From Vezdaea acicularis (taxonomy: Eukaryota), in NCBI GenBank assembly GCA_026025075.1, contig JAPEUI010000028.1, positions 1-64,000 on the forward strand: a stretch of 64,000 nucleotides of DNA, read 5' to 3'. The position numbers were made by a program, and so were the translations under genes. Each line of letters starts with the position of its first letter. The first letter of the stretch is position 1. Below the pieces are notes generated by a model. It ran no database searches. It was given only the letters and a program-made list of their open reading frames with translations, and was not told the DNA's origin. Below, one piece after another: positions 25,560-38,739 of the stretch.

Positions 25560-28500
25560 TCACGCGCTCTTTGCTGCGAACCCGAACAAGCTATCCATCT
25601 GGACCCACACCCTTCCACACTTCTTCAAATAACCATCCACAACCTTCCGTGGATTCTCAAATCTCTTCCGGTTGTACTCCGCCAATATCCCCACTTTCTC
25701 CCTCTCCTCCTTTGACGCCTTCTCCTTTGCATTCTCCACGTTCCACAAACTCGCAAAGTAGAGAAGCTGGTTATACATCTTCTTCTCCGAGTACTCGTAC
25801 GACATCCTGCCCAAGCACTCCTTGCCCAACCCCTTCGGGCCTAGGCAGCGGTGCCCATAAACACTCATCTGACGCGTTCTAGCACCACAGCTTGGGTCGT
25901 CACACACGAGATAGCCCGCATAGTACTCTGACGTCTGAAGGCGGATCTGCGCTTCCAGCTGCGCAATTAGGCTTATCATGGAGACTGTCTTTCCACATCC
26001 GTCCTTTGGACATACGAGGCCATTGTTGGAACAGGCGCTAGGCGAAGTGGCAATGCCCTCAAAGAGGAAACTCTCTCTGCAAGCACGGCATCTGATAGAT
26101 AGTCGCGCGGCATCCTTGAAGCGAACTTCTTCAGGAATTTGACTTTCGAGCGGGAAAATTTCCGTCTGATCTTTAGAATTTCCGCCAGTGTTGATAGCGT
26201 ATTTCTTTGCGTCTAACCCAAGGCACTCGGCTAAACGCATGGCGTCTGTACCATCGATAGGGGCGCAGAGTCGCTCGACAGGCGGGAAGATCTGCTTGAT
26301 AAGGTACCACTCCACATCCGGCTTGAGTCCAGAGTCAGCTTTGAGCACATCTTGTGGGGTGTAGGCGCGTTTCGCGGGTGGTATTGAGGAGTTGGAATCT
26401 CCGGTCACAACGTAAGACATTACGTCGTTTGAGCGGACCGTTTTCCCACGTGAGAGCTCGCGGAGGGCGACTTGTACTTGAGGCATGCTATCGGCGTTGG
26501 GATATTCTTTCGGATTCTTTCCAAGTTTCTGGAGAAGGTGTTAGATACCAAAGATGAGTTTGGCAAGAATGAATTAGATCTCACAGTGTAGATGATGTAC
26601 TTCTGGGTAGGCTGTTTACCATCCCTCATTGTCTCGGACAGGTCCCGTAAATAGTCGTGAACCCTCTGAATTACAACCTCGGACTCTTCTCCGGACAAAA
26701 TCTCATTCAAAAGTTTCGATGAGGCCTCCTTTGAGAGCGCACAGTACTCTCTCCTCTTCATATCAAGACCCTTGACCTCGAGCTTGTCGACATACTTACC
26801 ATCAATTTCCATCATGTTGATCGCCGCGTACTTCTTCTTGGCATGCAACAACAGCCGTCGGAAGATATTATCAATATCAATTTCGAGCAGTTTGTAGCGA
26901 TCATTGACGGCACGTTTGAAGTCGCGGCCAACTTTCATTGCGTCTTCGATGTTGTCGACATTTGTATTAATCATGACAGAATCGGTGTCACCATAGATGA
27001 CTCGAAGAGATGTACTTTCTGCAAGCTCTTTTGTGCTTCGAAGGATCTCACGGCCCTTGAAGGTGGTGAGCATGGCGAGAGGTCGAGCGTAGAATCGAGA
27101 TCGCGTATAACCAAGACAGCCGTACATAGAGTTGGCTGTAAGTTTTAATGCTAGCTGCTTGATATCCCAGGTAGCTAATTGATCAGGCGTGGCACTTTTG
27201 TCCTTCATTAGACCCTTGACTTGACGACGGCGTTGGACAAGAGTTGCAATGAGCTTCGGGAGGATGCCTTGCTTCTGGTCCACTGGGACCTCCGGAACTT
27301 TCTCTTCATCCTCCCCAAGGTCAATGCGTTCGACAGTGGTAAAACAGATATTAAACTCCTGGATGATACTTGGGTAAAGGGAGTTGAAGTCCATGACCAG
27401 GATGAATTTATCGTACAACCCTTTTTCGGGCTCAAAGACAAGACCGCCCTTATATTTATCCTTCTTCTTGATATCGGTACCCTCTTCTCCTTCAGCCCGG
27501 TCCTCTACAGCTTTTTGTAGTTTGCCTTTGCCCCATACCTTGTCCGGGCAGATGTACTTATTGCGGTAGAACTCATGCAGGAGAATATACTCGTTCCGCT
27601 CGGCTCGAGTGCCACCCAGTGTCCTAGCCCAGGAGTTACCAGCCAGGTTCGTCAGAACCTTGGTGAGAGGAAGCATCTGAATTTTGAGAGCGATAGCGGC
27701 GATGAAGTAAGTGTCGGCCTCGCAATGGCTGACATAGTTCATAAGTCCCTCTTTCGAGGTAGCCCAGCTCTTTAAGGCAGCTTCGTTGTCGATTTCCTTC
27801 CGCAAACTCTCGCTCCCAAGAACTAGCTCACTCATTTCAGTCAGACTCCAAGATTGACATTTGGTCATGAGTGACTGAAGACAATTAGCGCTGGGCGTTA
27901 AGAATGGAACATGGGGCATATACCTTCCCAAGGTCGTTTGCAAGATCACACATCAATCTGCCGGATACTAACTGCCTCTCAGCGAAGAAACTAGCTTCTG
28001 CTCTACCCATGTTCTTCGGCCAGTCGTTCCGCTTCATTCGCCCTATCCGATGCCACTGCGGTGTCTTATTCTCTCGTAAACGACTCAGGAGGATACTGTA
28101 GTCCACTCCTTCAAGTTGATGGCCCACCAGAACATCCGGGTCAACATGTTGGATCTTCGCTAGAAATGAGCTTAGTAGTCCTTGCTCGCTCTTTTCAGTA
28201 CGGATATACCCATGATGCTTCGAAGCTAGTGCTTCGAAGCCAAATGGGAAGGCCTTTTCTGAAGGCCTAATGACTGTGAAGGTTTGGCAGGGTAGTTTCT
28301 CCGCTGCTGTTGTATCACTTAACGAGATTTTCTGATAAATTCGAGCGCTGATCGCAAGAATCTCCTGTTTGTTCTCCTTTACGTTTAGCTTTGTTCGCAA
28401 AGAAATGCTCATGAGAGTCAAGTCTGGAGCGTCTAGGTTCTCTGAGTCACCTAAGGGCGTAATCAGGGACGGTTTAGAAACTTGAAGCTCAAGCTTGCAC

Positions 28501-30142
28501 CAGGAAGAATTGTTAACAGCTTTGAAGTCTGCCCCCTCGATCTTTAGCCAGCATGGACCCATGATGTTTCTCCAGAGAACGAATTGTTCAAACAAAGCGG
28601 TATTTGAGCCGAATATATGAGAGAATGTCTCTCCTTGAAGGTCAGTCGGGAGCTGAGATTTCTCGTAGGAATACAACAACTTCAGGTAGTCGGCTTGGCG
28701 CGGTACATCTTGCTTTTCAAAGGCGTACTTCCTTTCACAAGGTTTAATCTTATGCATCCCAACTTTCAGTCTAGTCATAAGAGCGTCCACCTCGGAGTAC
28801 ACATCCTCCATACCGACTTCTTCGTCCGTCTCACGTCCATTACGGTAACGACGCTCCCGAGGCAAAAAGTAGAGCTTTCTGAGAATGTTATCGACTTTGA
28901 CAAACGCGCTCACATAATTACCAGAGCTCTTGTCCTTGACCTTGCCGAACAAACATAGGCTACCGTTAACTTCTGTATAGTCAGTCCAGAAAAAGCGGAG
29001 GCTATTGTCTTCTTCGACAGCATTCTGCGGCTGGAGCTTTCCAAAGCTTGAGGTCTCCGGTGCAGGGCTGCTCATGATGTTCAATTTCGCTGTAACATCA
29101 TTCCATGCCGACGCGTTGATTGCTTCAGGAGCTGGGCGAGTTGGAGATGAGCTCTCTGGGGAAGGATACGCAGGCTTCTTGATCTTCGGTGCAGGGCGAG
29201 CCCCAGACAAATTCACACTTGCTATGTTCTTGCCAGAATGGCCGACAGCTTGCGTCACCTCCATGACGTCTTCTTCATCGCTTTCTTCTTTAGCCTGTGC
29301 TCTACGCTGCACTGCTTTCACGACAGGTGATGATGGGAGAGGCAGGTCGCTTCCCAGAGCATCATCATCCATACCGAGCATTAGATTCTCGTCATCTTCA
29401 AACTTCGGCTCTGCTGGCGGGGTCTCAGGAAGATATCCATCATCCAGTCTGACGCGTTTTGCTGCCGGGCGTTTCATATTCTCTATTGGCGGGGAGAGCA
29501 GCCGTGTTTTTGGTCTTGCTTCCGACCTTTTCATCCTCCTGGTCGATGGGATTCTTTCGACGGTAGCATTGTTCTCGACCTCTCCAAGGAGACTTGTCAT
29601 GAACGCCTCATCTTCAGCTGTTGTGATAGGCTACAGGTAGAATCAGCATGTTGAGATAGGCTCTGGTCATCGAACTTGCCTTTGGCTTGGATGCAATAGC
29701 AGCTGTACCAGCACTGAAGTATTTATTAATGCCATTAGTCTGCTGTTCCTTGCGTTCACGATCTTCTTCGCGTTTCCTTTTGCCTGATAGATGTCAGTTC
29801 TATGTATCGGACGAGAAGTCTTCCATCAGAAGCACATGCAAGTCACTTACTGGGTTTCCCCTTCAATGGTAACTCTTCTTCGCTCTCGCTGTACACCCTA
29901 TCGTCTCTTCCCCAGTCCTCGCGACCATCATCCGCATACCCAGCGCCATTGTCGTCGATGACGAAGTCACTTTGGTCCAGTCGGGCTCGTATGACCTTTT
30001 TGTAGCCCTCTTCATCAACTTCTTCATATAGGTCTTCATGTTCCTCAAATTTGTAGTTGGCGAGACGTGCACCGACACCTTTGGCTCTTGAATCGCGAAG
30101 AGCTGCAGCTGCAGCGCGCGCTTTGGCGGCACGCGATGCCAT
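25560..30142 (-). CDS. POL1: DNA polymerase alpha catalytic subunit
   Basis: Family-B motifs [23 protein letters not shown] and YGDTDS; N-terminal [15 protein letters not shown]-terminal zinc-binding domain. Confidence 0.97.
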
Positions 30143-30294
30143 TGCGAATGTGTCAAGATTCCGCCGATAGGTCAGGGCAAGCTAACAAGTCGAGATATTT
30201 GAGCATTCAGTATGTCAAAGCCGGAAAGGTAGTATGGCTAGATTCTCTCCTACGTGCGTTGGTGTTGTCTAGTTGACGGGTATATGAAAGAAAG

Positions 30295-30371
30295 TCGCGG
30301 ATGTTGCGTACCGCGTAGGCGACGCGAACCCCTGCTACCCCACTAAAGTGGTTTCGGCGAAGCTTGACGCG
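30295..30371. promoter_or_regulatory. MCB-like (CGCG/ACGCG) cell-cycle elements upstream of POL1
   Basis: Four CGCG-core sites (30295, 30312, 30322, 30367) lie 150-230 bp upstream of the POL1 ATG, as expected for a G1/S MBF target. Confidence 0.55.
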
Positions 30372-30635
30372 GGTTCATCCCTCATGTGGAGCCCGAACAC
30401 AAAAGTCCCAACTTTGAGAATTCTTACGTCAGTTAGAATACCTCGATATATTTGCAAATGTGCTGAAGAGATCTTATCTTAGAACTGATAGGAGCAACGC
30501 TCAGGACTACAGTATGTTGTAGCCGGTTCAGCATAGAGTTTTGATGTTACGGAAGCTTTAACAGCTGCTGAAAAGCTAGCTGCTATCTACCATTATACTA
30601 CTCCATTCCCTCTCCTTGTTCTGGAACCCATCAAC

Positions 30636-32089
30636 TTAGTTCATTTGTCTGACCAAACTATTGATGTTGTCCTCCCGATTACCAAGATCTCCACCCTCGA
30701 CGAAATGCTTGAACTTCCGGGGTCTGAAGCCACCAGTTGGGTTGGAGAGCTTGAACGGCCACAAGAAATTGCTCGCCTGCTTGAAATTGGGTCCTACAGT
30801 GAAAATCTCGTGAATCAGGTCCTCCACACAGATGATCCCGAATTTTCCAAGGTTTTCCTCCACGATAGCATTATCAGTCAAGGGGATACGTTGCTTCTCG
30901 ACCTTGCCATAACCACGCTTATATATGAGTTCACGAACAGACTTGAGGTTGGGATACCCGTAGGCGATCCATGGTTCGACGACCTTCAACATTTCGGATG
31001 TTGCCTTTGTGAGACGAACGAAGACGCCGTTGTTGATCTGGAGTAGACGCAGCAACTGAAGGATTTTGCGGGGCTTTGGAGCGATTTTATTGATACTGGA
31101 GTGAAAGATGCCACTTAGCGCAGCTCTCAATTTGCATAAAGATATTATAACATACCCCTTGATACGAACAACGAATACCAATTTTGGCTCGGCTTCAATA
31201 TAGAAAGATCCTTCCTTCTTACTCAAGCGGTGAAGGCGGACTTTCTCGCGCTCTGCGTCCCGGTACTCCTTGACATACTTCTCGGCGCGTTTGAAGATGA
31301 CAGACCGCTTTTCTTTTGACGCCTTTAAAGTCTAGGTCAGCTTCTGTTGTATAGTTGTAGACTTAAACCATGCAGCACTGGATTATGTGACGACTCAGTC
31401 CCGAAAGATGGTTAACAAAGCGACAGCATCGCCCCACAGGACTAGTCGCGAGATTGGGTTTTATCATCACCATCGCCATTCCAATGCCTTGCTCTCGCCG
31501 TGATGTTTCATGGATGGTCGAGATACACGTACTTTACGCTTCTTTTCCAGCTCGGCAAGTTTGTTCTCCCGGTCCTTCTCATTTCTCTTTCGCTTCTTCA
31601 ACAAGGTCTCCGGTACCATGATGTTGTCGTGAGTCGGCACCGACCTGAAGTCACATATGTCAGATATTATATCCGCTGAGAGAACAAGGCCAACGCGTCA
31701 AATAAAAAATGGCGGCTGTAGCACGGCATTCTGCACACTGTTGAAAGAGACTCGACGGTTTGTATTTGATCAGTGAGACCGTCAAAACTTCATACTCAAG
31801 TCATTTGGAAGCATTGCCAAAACCCTTTTCGAGCTTAAGACAATCTCATCCGACAAGATTCTGGCTAGAAGATCATCGTGCCAAAGATCTTCAAGATCAA
31901 TGGGCATGACAATCCACTGCCAAAATTAAATCGAGATGGTCGCATCACATCTATTGTAGGACGTGAAGCCTCTCCGTACAGAGCAGAGAACCGACTATCT
32001 CGTATGCATTTCTCTTTATCGAGCACTAGGAGGGAAGGAGAGAGTTGTTTGACCTACTTTCCAGTCTTCTTTTCCTTCTTTGGCGCCAT
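30636..32089 (-). CDS. RPL7: 60S ribosomal protein uL30 (L7), 4 exons
   Basis: Exons 32089-32058, 31644-31533, 31322-~31156 and ~31095-30636. Motifs [31 protein letters not shown] and [11 protein letters not shown]. Confidence 0.97.
31389..31477 (-). ncRNA. Intronic box C/D snoRNA, snR39B/SNORD2-like (LSU rRNA 2'-O-methylation guide)
   Basis: Lies in RPL7 intron 2. C box GUGAUGA (31470-31464), D box CUGA (31398-31395), terminal stem GGCGAU/GUCGUC, and a 12-nt guide CCAUCUUUCGGG complementary to the conserved LSU sequence CCCGAAAGAUGG. Confidence 0.88.
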
Positions 32090-32320
32090 CTTGGTCTCGT
32101 AAAAGCCAATCGAAACTTTTTGTTTGCCGATGAAGGTAGAGGCTCGAAATTCTATGGCAAATCTCAACCGAGCCTGTGGGTTCGCTAGTGGAAAAAGGGT
32201 TTGCAGCCCTTCGCAACTCCCAGGCACCGAACTGCGTTATAGGCAGTTTCGGCAGCCGTATTATTCTCTCCGGCTCTGCGTCACCCGCGCTCCCATAGCA
32301 TTCCTATATAGCAAAGTACG

Positions 32321-33146
32321 ATGTCTTCCCAGCGGAATAGGCCTGTTGGCCTTGCCGCTTTGACTAATAAGAATCTCTCGGCCAGTACATATGCCTCTCG
32401 AGGTTCCGCGATCAGGGACGCTCATGTGCAGGCACTCGAAACACAACTCTCGGTCTTTCGACAGGCACTAGAAGACTTTAAGACAAGACACGCGAAAAAG
32501 ATCCAGTCAGATCCGAGCTTCCGCGCCGAATTCGCCCATATGTGTAATGCGATTGGAGTAGACCCTTTAGCTACAAGCTCTAGAAATACAAAGGATGGCA
32601 GCTGGTGGGCGCAGATGCGGGGAGCAAAGATGAATAACTATTATCTTGAGTTAGGAGTCAGAATTGTGGAAGTTTGTCGGGAGAGCCGGCAAATGAATGG
32701 AGGAATGATTGCGCTCGAGGAGCTAAGAAAGAGGGTTGCACGGGGAGTCGAGAATCAGGATCGAGAGTATGTCTTCTAATGATAAAGGGATCTGCTAGTG
32801 ATTACATGCTAACGATTTCAGTATAATTGAGGACGATATTATTAAAGCGGTAGAGCTACTGAAGCCTCTCGGTGGTGGATATGCGCTTGTAGAAATTGCA
32901 AGAAGGCGCTTCGTCCGGTCGGTGCCCAAAGAACTAAGCAATGATCAGTCAAAGGTGCTCGAGGTTGCGCAGGTGCTCGGCTTCATCTCCGTATCGATGC
33001 TGCAAGCCAACCTGAACTGGGAGAAAGTTAGATGTGTTACTGTTGTCGAGGACTTGGTAGCCGATGGTCTCCTCTGGGTGGATATGCAAGCCGAAGAACC
33101 AGAATATTGGTCACCAGCTTGGATCAAAGATGGACAAGAGTCTTGA
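32321..33146 (+). CDS. SNF8: ESCRT-II subunit Snf8/Vps22 (EAP30), 2 exons
   Basis: DPSFRAEFAHMCNAIGVDPL, YYLELGVRIVEVC, RSVPKELSNDQ and GLLWVD. Intron ~32767-32821. Confidence 0.94.
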
Positions 33147-33249
33147 GGACCATCAAGTTGGTGTATCAAGGAATAAAAGGGAGACCTAAAAATGCCAAGC
33201 GCCCCACGCCACGCTAAATGGACCAACGCCAGTCATCAATCCTTCTGTT

Positions 33250-36200
33250 CTATTCACCAGCAGGTATCCTGTCTCTTAACCAAGCAAGTAACGCATCCGT
33301 GCCCTTTTCCAACAACTCCCAGCGCGGGACTCTAAATCGGTTTCCTTGAACATCCAGCTTCCTAAGTACTGACTCCCCCTCACGACTTGTTCCTCCCTCC
33401 CCTATTGTGAGACCTAATCTGCCGATGAGCGGCGGTAAATGGCCAATGTCATTGTTGCTCAAGTCTACGACTTCCATTCCACGAATCGCGTCGACGTTGA
33501 GGTCCACAATCTGGTTGTCGGCTGCGAGCAGTGTTGTAAGCCTTGGATATATTTCACGCAATACCGGAAGATGTGACAGTCTGTTGATGCTAAGTTCTAG
33601 CATCGTCAGCCCTGGGGCTGAAAGATTAGTCGCTAATTCATCTAGCGACGTGAGCGCGTTAGCACTAAGGCTCAGGGAGGTGAGGTTGGGGAATATCAAA
33701 GAATCCTTCAGGTAGCATTTTGAGAGACGATTGTGGGACAGAGAGAGGTGTCTCAGCGTTGTGGTAATTAGCGAAAGGGGCCCAGGGAAAGACTCGAATG
33801 CATTGTGAGAGAGGGTAGCAGTGAAGAGGGATTGTGTGCTCGAGAGATGGGCTAAGGATGGTGCGTCGAGGGAAGATAGTGAACGACGGGAAAGGTCAAG
33901 CTCCTGGCCTTGCTTCAGTATATAAGCAGTAGAGGGGGGAGTTGGATGCGAGGTAGCGGTCGTTAGTGCTTGGCGAATAGCACTAATTGAGTTGTGCGCA
34001 GCTTCGGGGTCCACTAAGCTTTCATTAGGCTGAGCTGCCGGAGTGAGTCTTTCGCGCAAAGAGCGCTTCAAGTCGTCGGTACCCATGTTTAGAAACTTCT
34101 TCTCCCGTAGCGGATTTTTCGCAATACGAAGAGTCTCCAGGTTTTCCATAAGGCAAATGCGCTCATCAATGATTCGGAGGTCGTTGCCCGTAAAATCTGC
34201 AAGCCGTACCTTCGGCAACCCAGTCAGTCCATCAGGAAGCGTAGAGAGCTTGTTGTCCTCCCCAATAATAGTGAGAAGATGTAGCCAAGTCGACATGTCG
34301 GGAAGAGCGTTAATACGGTTGGTTGAGAAAAGGAATGTTCGTAGTGCCGGAAGACTTAATTTGGAGTTTGCGGATAGTGAAGTAATACAGTTATTAGTGA
34401 TGTCAAGGAGCTGAAGTGTCGGCCATATGTCGACGGATGAAGGGAGTAGAGCATCCCTAAGGGAATTTTTCGAAATGTAAAGCTCAATCATGGGGAGTTG
34501 GCTCAATGCCTCGAATGGTAGAACTTCAAACCTGTTCTGAGCAAGGTTTAGGGTCTTTATTTGTGTGAGCTTCTCAAAGTTGGGCGGGAGCGTTGTTAAC
34601 GCATTCCCGTGTAGGTCTAGAGAAGTCAGGCTTGACAGTTGGCTTAGTGACTCTGGTAGGTCCCCGACCAAGTTGTTTACGGCAAGCTTCAATTCCCGCA
34701 AAGTCGGTAGCTGGCACAAGATGTCAAACACGGTGTTGTCAAGCTTGTTATTTGACTAGACCAACACAGTCAGTACTTGCGTCTACAGACCGAATAAGCT
34801 CTTACCATGTTTAAACTCGCTAACCTTTCCAAACGGCGTATACCAGGTGGTATCTGCTTGAGTAGGTTGCCATGAAAATCCAAAGTCTCTAAACCTCTGA
34901 ACTGATTGCCTCTACCCTCTTCATCGCCACCCAAGATCCCGTGGGGCGATAGATCTGGGAATATAGCGTCGCCGATTTCCTCGATCTCATTGTCTGCTGC
35001 AACAAAACGTATCAGATCTACGCTCTCGTACCATTGTACCTTACTTGCGCTTGCAGCATCGGCGTTGAGATCATACATGCTCATCACGGCTTCAGGGACC
35101 TCATTAAGACCCATGGCTGATATATTAAGACGTCCATCGGTCCTAGCGCTTTCTATACGTTTATAGAGAAGGCCCTTGTTGCCATTCGAGTCCACTTTCT
35201 GGTTAAAAGGGTCGTCATGAGAGTCGGCATTGAGATTAATACCAAGCCCCTCACCATCAAGGGCTTGTGAACAATCGTCTTTCACCAACCTGCCGCCTGA
35301 TTTACGAGCTGCTTTAGCCTTTGCAATGGCTTCTCGAAGCGCACTCGACGAATTTGAGACTTTTCGAGCAGTAACATCTTTGTCATCGGCAGAAGGCATG
35401 GGTGAAGTTTTGGAGGACTTGGGTAAGTTTGGGGTTGGAGAAAGCGTCGAGTTTGGAAATCTTGTTACTGTATGAGACACGGTTCGGCTACGGTTCAACG
35501 TGGGGGTTGTCGACGTCGTCGATGGCTTGAAAGATACTCCACCCAGTGAAGGCCTAGTCCTATCTGCTCTTGGCCTAATTGTTTTGCTACCAGCTGTCGA
35601 AGGCGCTCTAGGGGTGCTGACTCTGGTAACCGACGCTGCTGATACAGGTCTTGGAGGCTGCCTTTTTGAGGCTTGCGGGCTTAAAGTGGAAAGATTCCCA
35701 TTCGATCTGGTGGAGCTTCTGGGGTGTTCTTTGAATGCTTCGGTTGGTGTGAATCTTTTGCTAGGCGTTACAATCTCCCTTGTAGGTAAGAGTCTTTTAG
35801 ATGATATGCCCTTTATTGGAGAAAGGGGACGAATCCCATCAGCCGAATCTGAAGGAAAGTTTCCGGTCCGAGATCTAGGCCTTAAAGCTGCCCCCAATGC
35901 AGAAGAAGGCCTTGAGGATGACCGCATTGGATTTTCCGCGCCGTAGAAGCTCGATCTGCTTCGTCTAGGCGAGGGCGAAGGAGGTACCTGAGAGAGTGTT
36001 TCGATTGTGCGATCAGTAAGAGAGGGCCTTGGCTTTCGCTTTGAAGGCAGCGCTGGATCATGGCCGATAGGTGAAGTGGGCTCAACGGTTCCATCATGAG
36101 TTTCGGGAAGAGCTGAAGTTGGGTTGGCTTTATGCACCTGCAAATCTGCCTCTCCTTGTTGCCGTGAGGATGGGCGCGTGTGTGGCCGTTTGAAAACGGA

Positions 36201-36518
36201 ATCATCTCGATACTTTCTAGTGATTGAAGGTCTGCCAGACACAGTAGATTCAGATGTCGATCTTAATGATCCGTTATTCAGTCCTGCAGACGCGTTTATA
36301 GTAGCATCAGACGACGCCAGGGAAGTGCCGGAAGGAGTGCGTAGACGGGACAGGGTCTTTTGTACACCAGGATCTGCCAATAACTTCTCCCTCGAAGGTG
36401 ATGGCTTCAGCAAATTAGAGTTCTGGCCCGTGCGTGGCACTGGCAGTCTCGACACGCGGGTAAACATGAACGGTCTGGAAGCGGGCGTGCTGCTTGACAG
36501 ATCTGCATCTTGCTCCAT
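33250..36518 (-). CDS. Leucine-rich-repeat protein with long S/P/R-rich disordered N-terminus (LRRC40-like), 2 exons
   Basis: Many LxxLxLxxNxL repeats; C-terminal GNRFRVPRWELLEKGTDALLAWLRDRIP. One in-frame intron at ~34756-34805. Confidence 0.85.
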
Positions 36519-37128
36519 TGCATATGGAAGCCTGCCACGAAATTTAGAGATGTACGGCTATGTCTTGCAGGGGTAATATGACATCAGAGATGATTTGACG
36601 CGTATTGAAGCCAACGGAGCTACTCAATTGAATCGATTGACACGTAGTAAGATTCAAGGAATCCTAAGAGTTTCTGCATGGAGTTCTCGTGAATAATGGA
36701 GTCAACCCCTGTCGCCCCACGCAACTGCCTCGCTAAGCCTTAGTGCGCCAATCCTAAAACACTCTTCCAACCTCCTCGTCCAGCCACGCACATGTTGTCG
36801 CAACACCAAAGTAGACCATTCACCCATGGCTTCCTTCCAGACCTGTACTATCCAAACAAGTAATTCGAGCATGAGCAAAAGTCTTAGTTGTATTCTAACC
36901 AGCTATTCGCCTTACTAAAGCTATATCTACGGGTCAAGTATAGGCCTCACATTCAATAGGATCACACCCACCTGCAACCCTTATGCCAATCGACATCCTA
37001 TTTTACGAAATTCCTAATCGCACTCACTGTTTGGCATCTTTCTCAAGACCTTCTGTAGGTGAGCTTTGTTTCGAAATCAGGGCGATTTGTTTGCTTGGTC
37101 CTGACAAGTTGTGGTTCACAGCTCAGAC

Positions 37129-38739
37129 ATGGCCGCGACAGGAAGCATGCCTCAGGACTCGAGGTCACAGCCACTCGCAAAGTCAACCGGTTTGCCAATC
37201 GAGCTTTCAAAGCCATCCCCGACATCTCCGTCTCTAGAAATCATTCGAGCGAAAGACGTTGCCACCCCACCGCCGTTATCATCTTCAATGACTCCACCCC
37301 CTTCGTCTCAAATACCTCCAAGACCTGTCCCTATGACGCCCCCTCGTCCATCCCAGGAAGACTATCTGACCTCTGTACGCACACCCACCCCATCAATGTC
37401 ACTTTTGTCTTCCCCCCCTCCAACGATTCAAGCCAGCGGCAAGGACTTCTGCTTAAATGACAATGGTTTCCGCGTCCCCACACCGCATGAGATAGCGCGT
37501 GCTTCGCCTGCTGAACTTCGAGATGTCCTGGAATCGTCAACATCAGAACTCGGAAACCTATCTGTCCAACTCCAAGAAGCTCGGACTGCGGCCGCTCATT
37601 ACAAATTACAGCACAATCTGCTTCAAATCGAGACAACTGAGGCATTCAATCGCATGGTGGTCGAGAACGAAATGACAAAACGCGAAGTGGAGATCTTACA
37701 AGCCGTTGATTATCATGAAACTCCTCTCGGAACCCCAGTGAGCAAGACTGTAGTTGATGATTCTAGGATAACTCAAGATCATCTCAGCCAGGAGCTAAAG
37801 CATTTCTATGCAGCTGTTCAAAATGAGAACGATGTGCTCCGTCGCCGCCTTTACCGAGCCAAGAAGATTATACTAGATCGAGAAGGAACCATTGATACCC
37901 TAACCGAAGATAATTACCAGCTAAGGAAGCGCATCAAGGAGAACAGAGATCATCTGAATAAACTTCGTGGCCCAGGAGGCCTCTACGAGTTTTCTACCCC
38001 TCGTCAGTCACAAACACTTTCTCCAGCTACACCTCGACGGAGTACCCCTCGAAATCCAAGCAGTGCCAAATCTATTCATTTGCAAAGCGCGCGAAGCGGC
38101 GGCGATGATCGTCTGGCTGCGCTTCTCCGTGTGACTGATCAGGTACTCAGCCAAGAACAGCATGCTAGCGTCTCTTCGACTCCAAGGGACAAATCGTCAA
38201 AGGCATCACAGTTAGGCCATACCCGCGGAACACACTCGCTCTCGTCTCTTCAGTCTACTAATAGAGAATCGCGCCCAAACACTGCGACAAGCGCAAGCCT
38301 CTTACCACCAGTCTCTTTTTCGAGCGGACCATTATCTCAATCTTCACAAATGTCTCCTCCAGGACCTCGAACACAAGGGAAGCATCGTCGCAGAGAGAGT
38401 AGAGACAGCACGATTTCTGCATCTGAGAGGGAAGACAACGGACAGTATGATGAAAGTGAAGATGAGGATGTTCCCGAATCACAGGCGAGTCAGCTAGCTA
38501 CAAGTATGCTTCGTCGTGCCTCGAGCTCAAAAGTGGAATCTCCGAGCTCCTCCGCTGCGAAAACAAGTGGCTTACTTCAAACGAAGCTTTTTGGGCAAGT
38601 CAAAAAAGTTGTGACCGACCGGGCTCCTACCCACGAGCTCAGCAAGAAGAGGGTCCATAATGTAAAAGACATTGAAGAGAGGGGCGCAAAACGCCCCAAA
38701 GTGCTGGAAGGGGTCGGTTTAGGGATTGGGTACCCATAG
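37129..38739 (+). CDS. Hypothetical coiled-coil protein with S/P/T-rich disordered regions
   Basis: Single ~536-aa ORF from the ATG at 37129, with a central coiled coil (AAAHYKLQHNLLQIET...QLRKRIKENRDH). Function not recognised. Confidence 0.8.
   Translation: MAATGSMPQDSRSQPLAKSTGLPIELSKPSPTSPSLEIIRAKDVATPPPLSSSMTPPPSSQIPPRPVPMTPPRPSQEDYLTSVRTPTPSMSLLSSPPPTIQASGKDFCLNDNGFRVPTPHEIARASPAELRDVLESSTSELGNLSVQLQEARTAAAHYKLQHNLLQIETTEAFNRMVVENEMTKREVEILQAVDYHETPLGTPVSKTVVDDSRITQDHLSQELKHFYAAVQNENDVLRRRLYRAKKIILDREGTIDTLTEDNYQLRKRIKENRDHLNKLRGPGGLYEFSTPRQSQTLSPATPRRSTPRNPSSAKSIHLQSARSGGDDRLAALLRVTDQVLSQEQHASVSSTPRDKSSKASQLGHTRGTHSLSSLQSTNRESRPNTATSASLLPPVSFSSGPLSQSSQMSPPGPRTQGKHRRRESRDSTISASEREDNGQYDESEDEDVPESQASQLATSMLRRASSSKVESPSSSAAKTSGLLQTKLFGQVKKVVTDRAPTHELSKKRVHNVKDIEERGAKRPKVLEGVGLGIGYP

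Noticed and set aside
29005..29640. 211-aa plus-strand ORF, and similar antisense ORFs at 35500, 36124, 51556 and 58039
   Set aside because: Antisense shadows of real genes, with no independent protein features.
31770..31879. ACGAUGA...CUGA C/D candidate in RPL7 intron 1 with partial complementarity to LSU AGACCGUC
   Set aside because: The duplex is short, one nucleotide off the known Cm2959 register, and the same bases are tied up in a hairpin.
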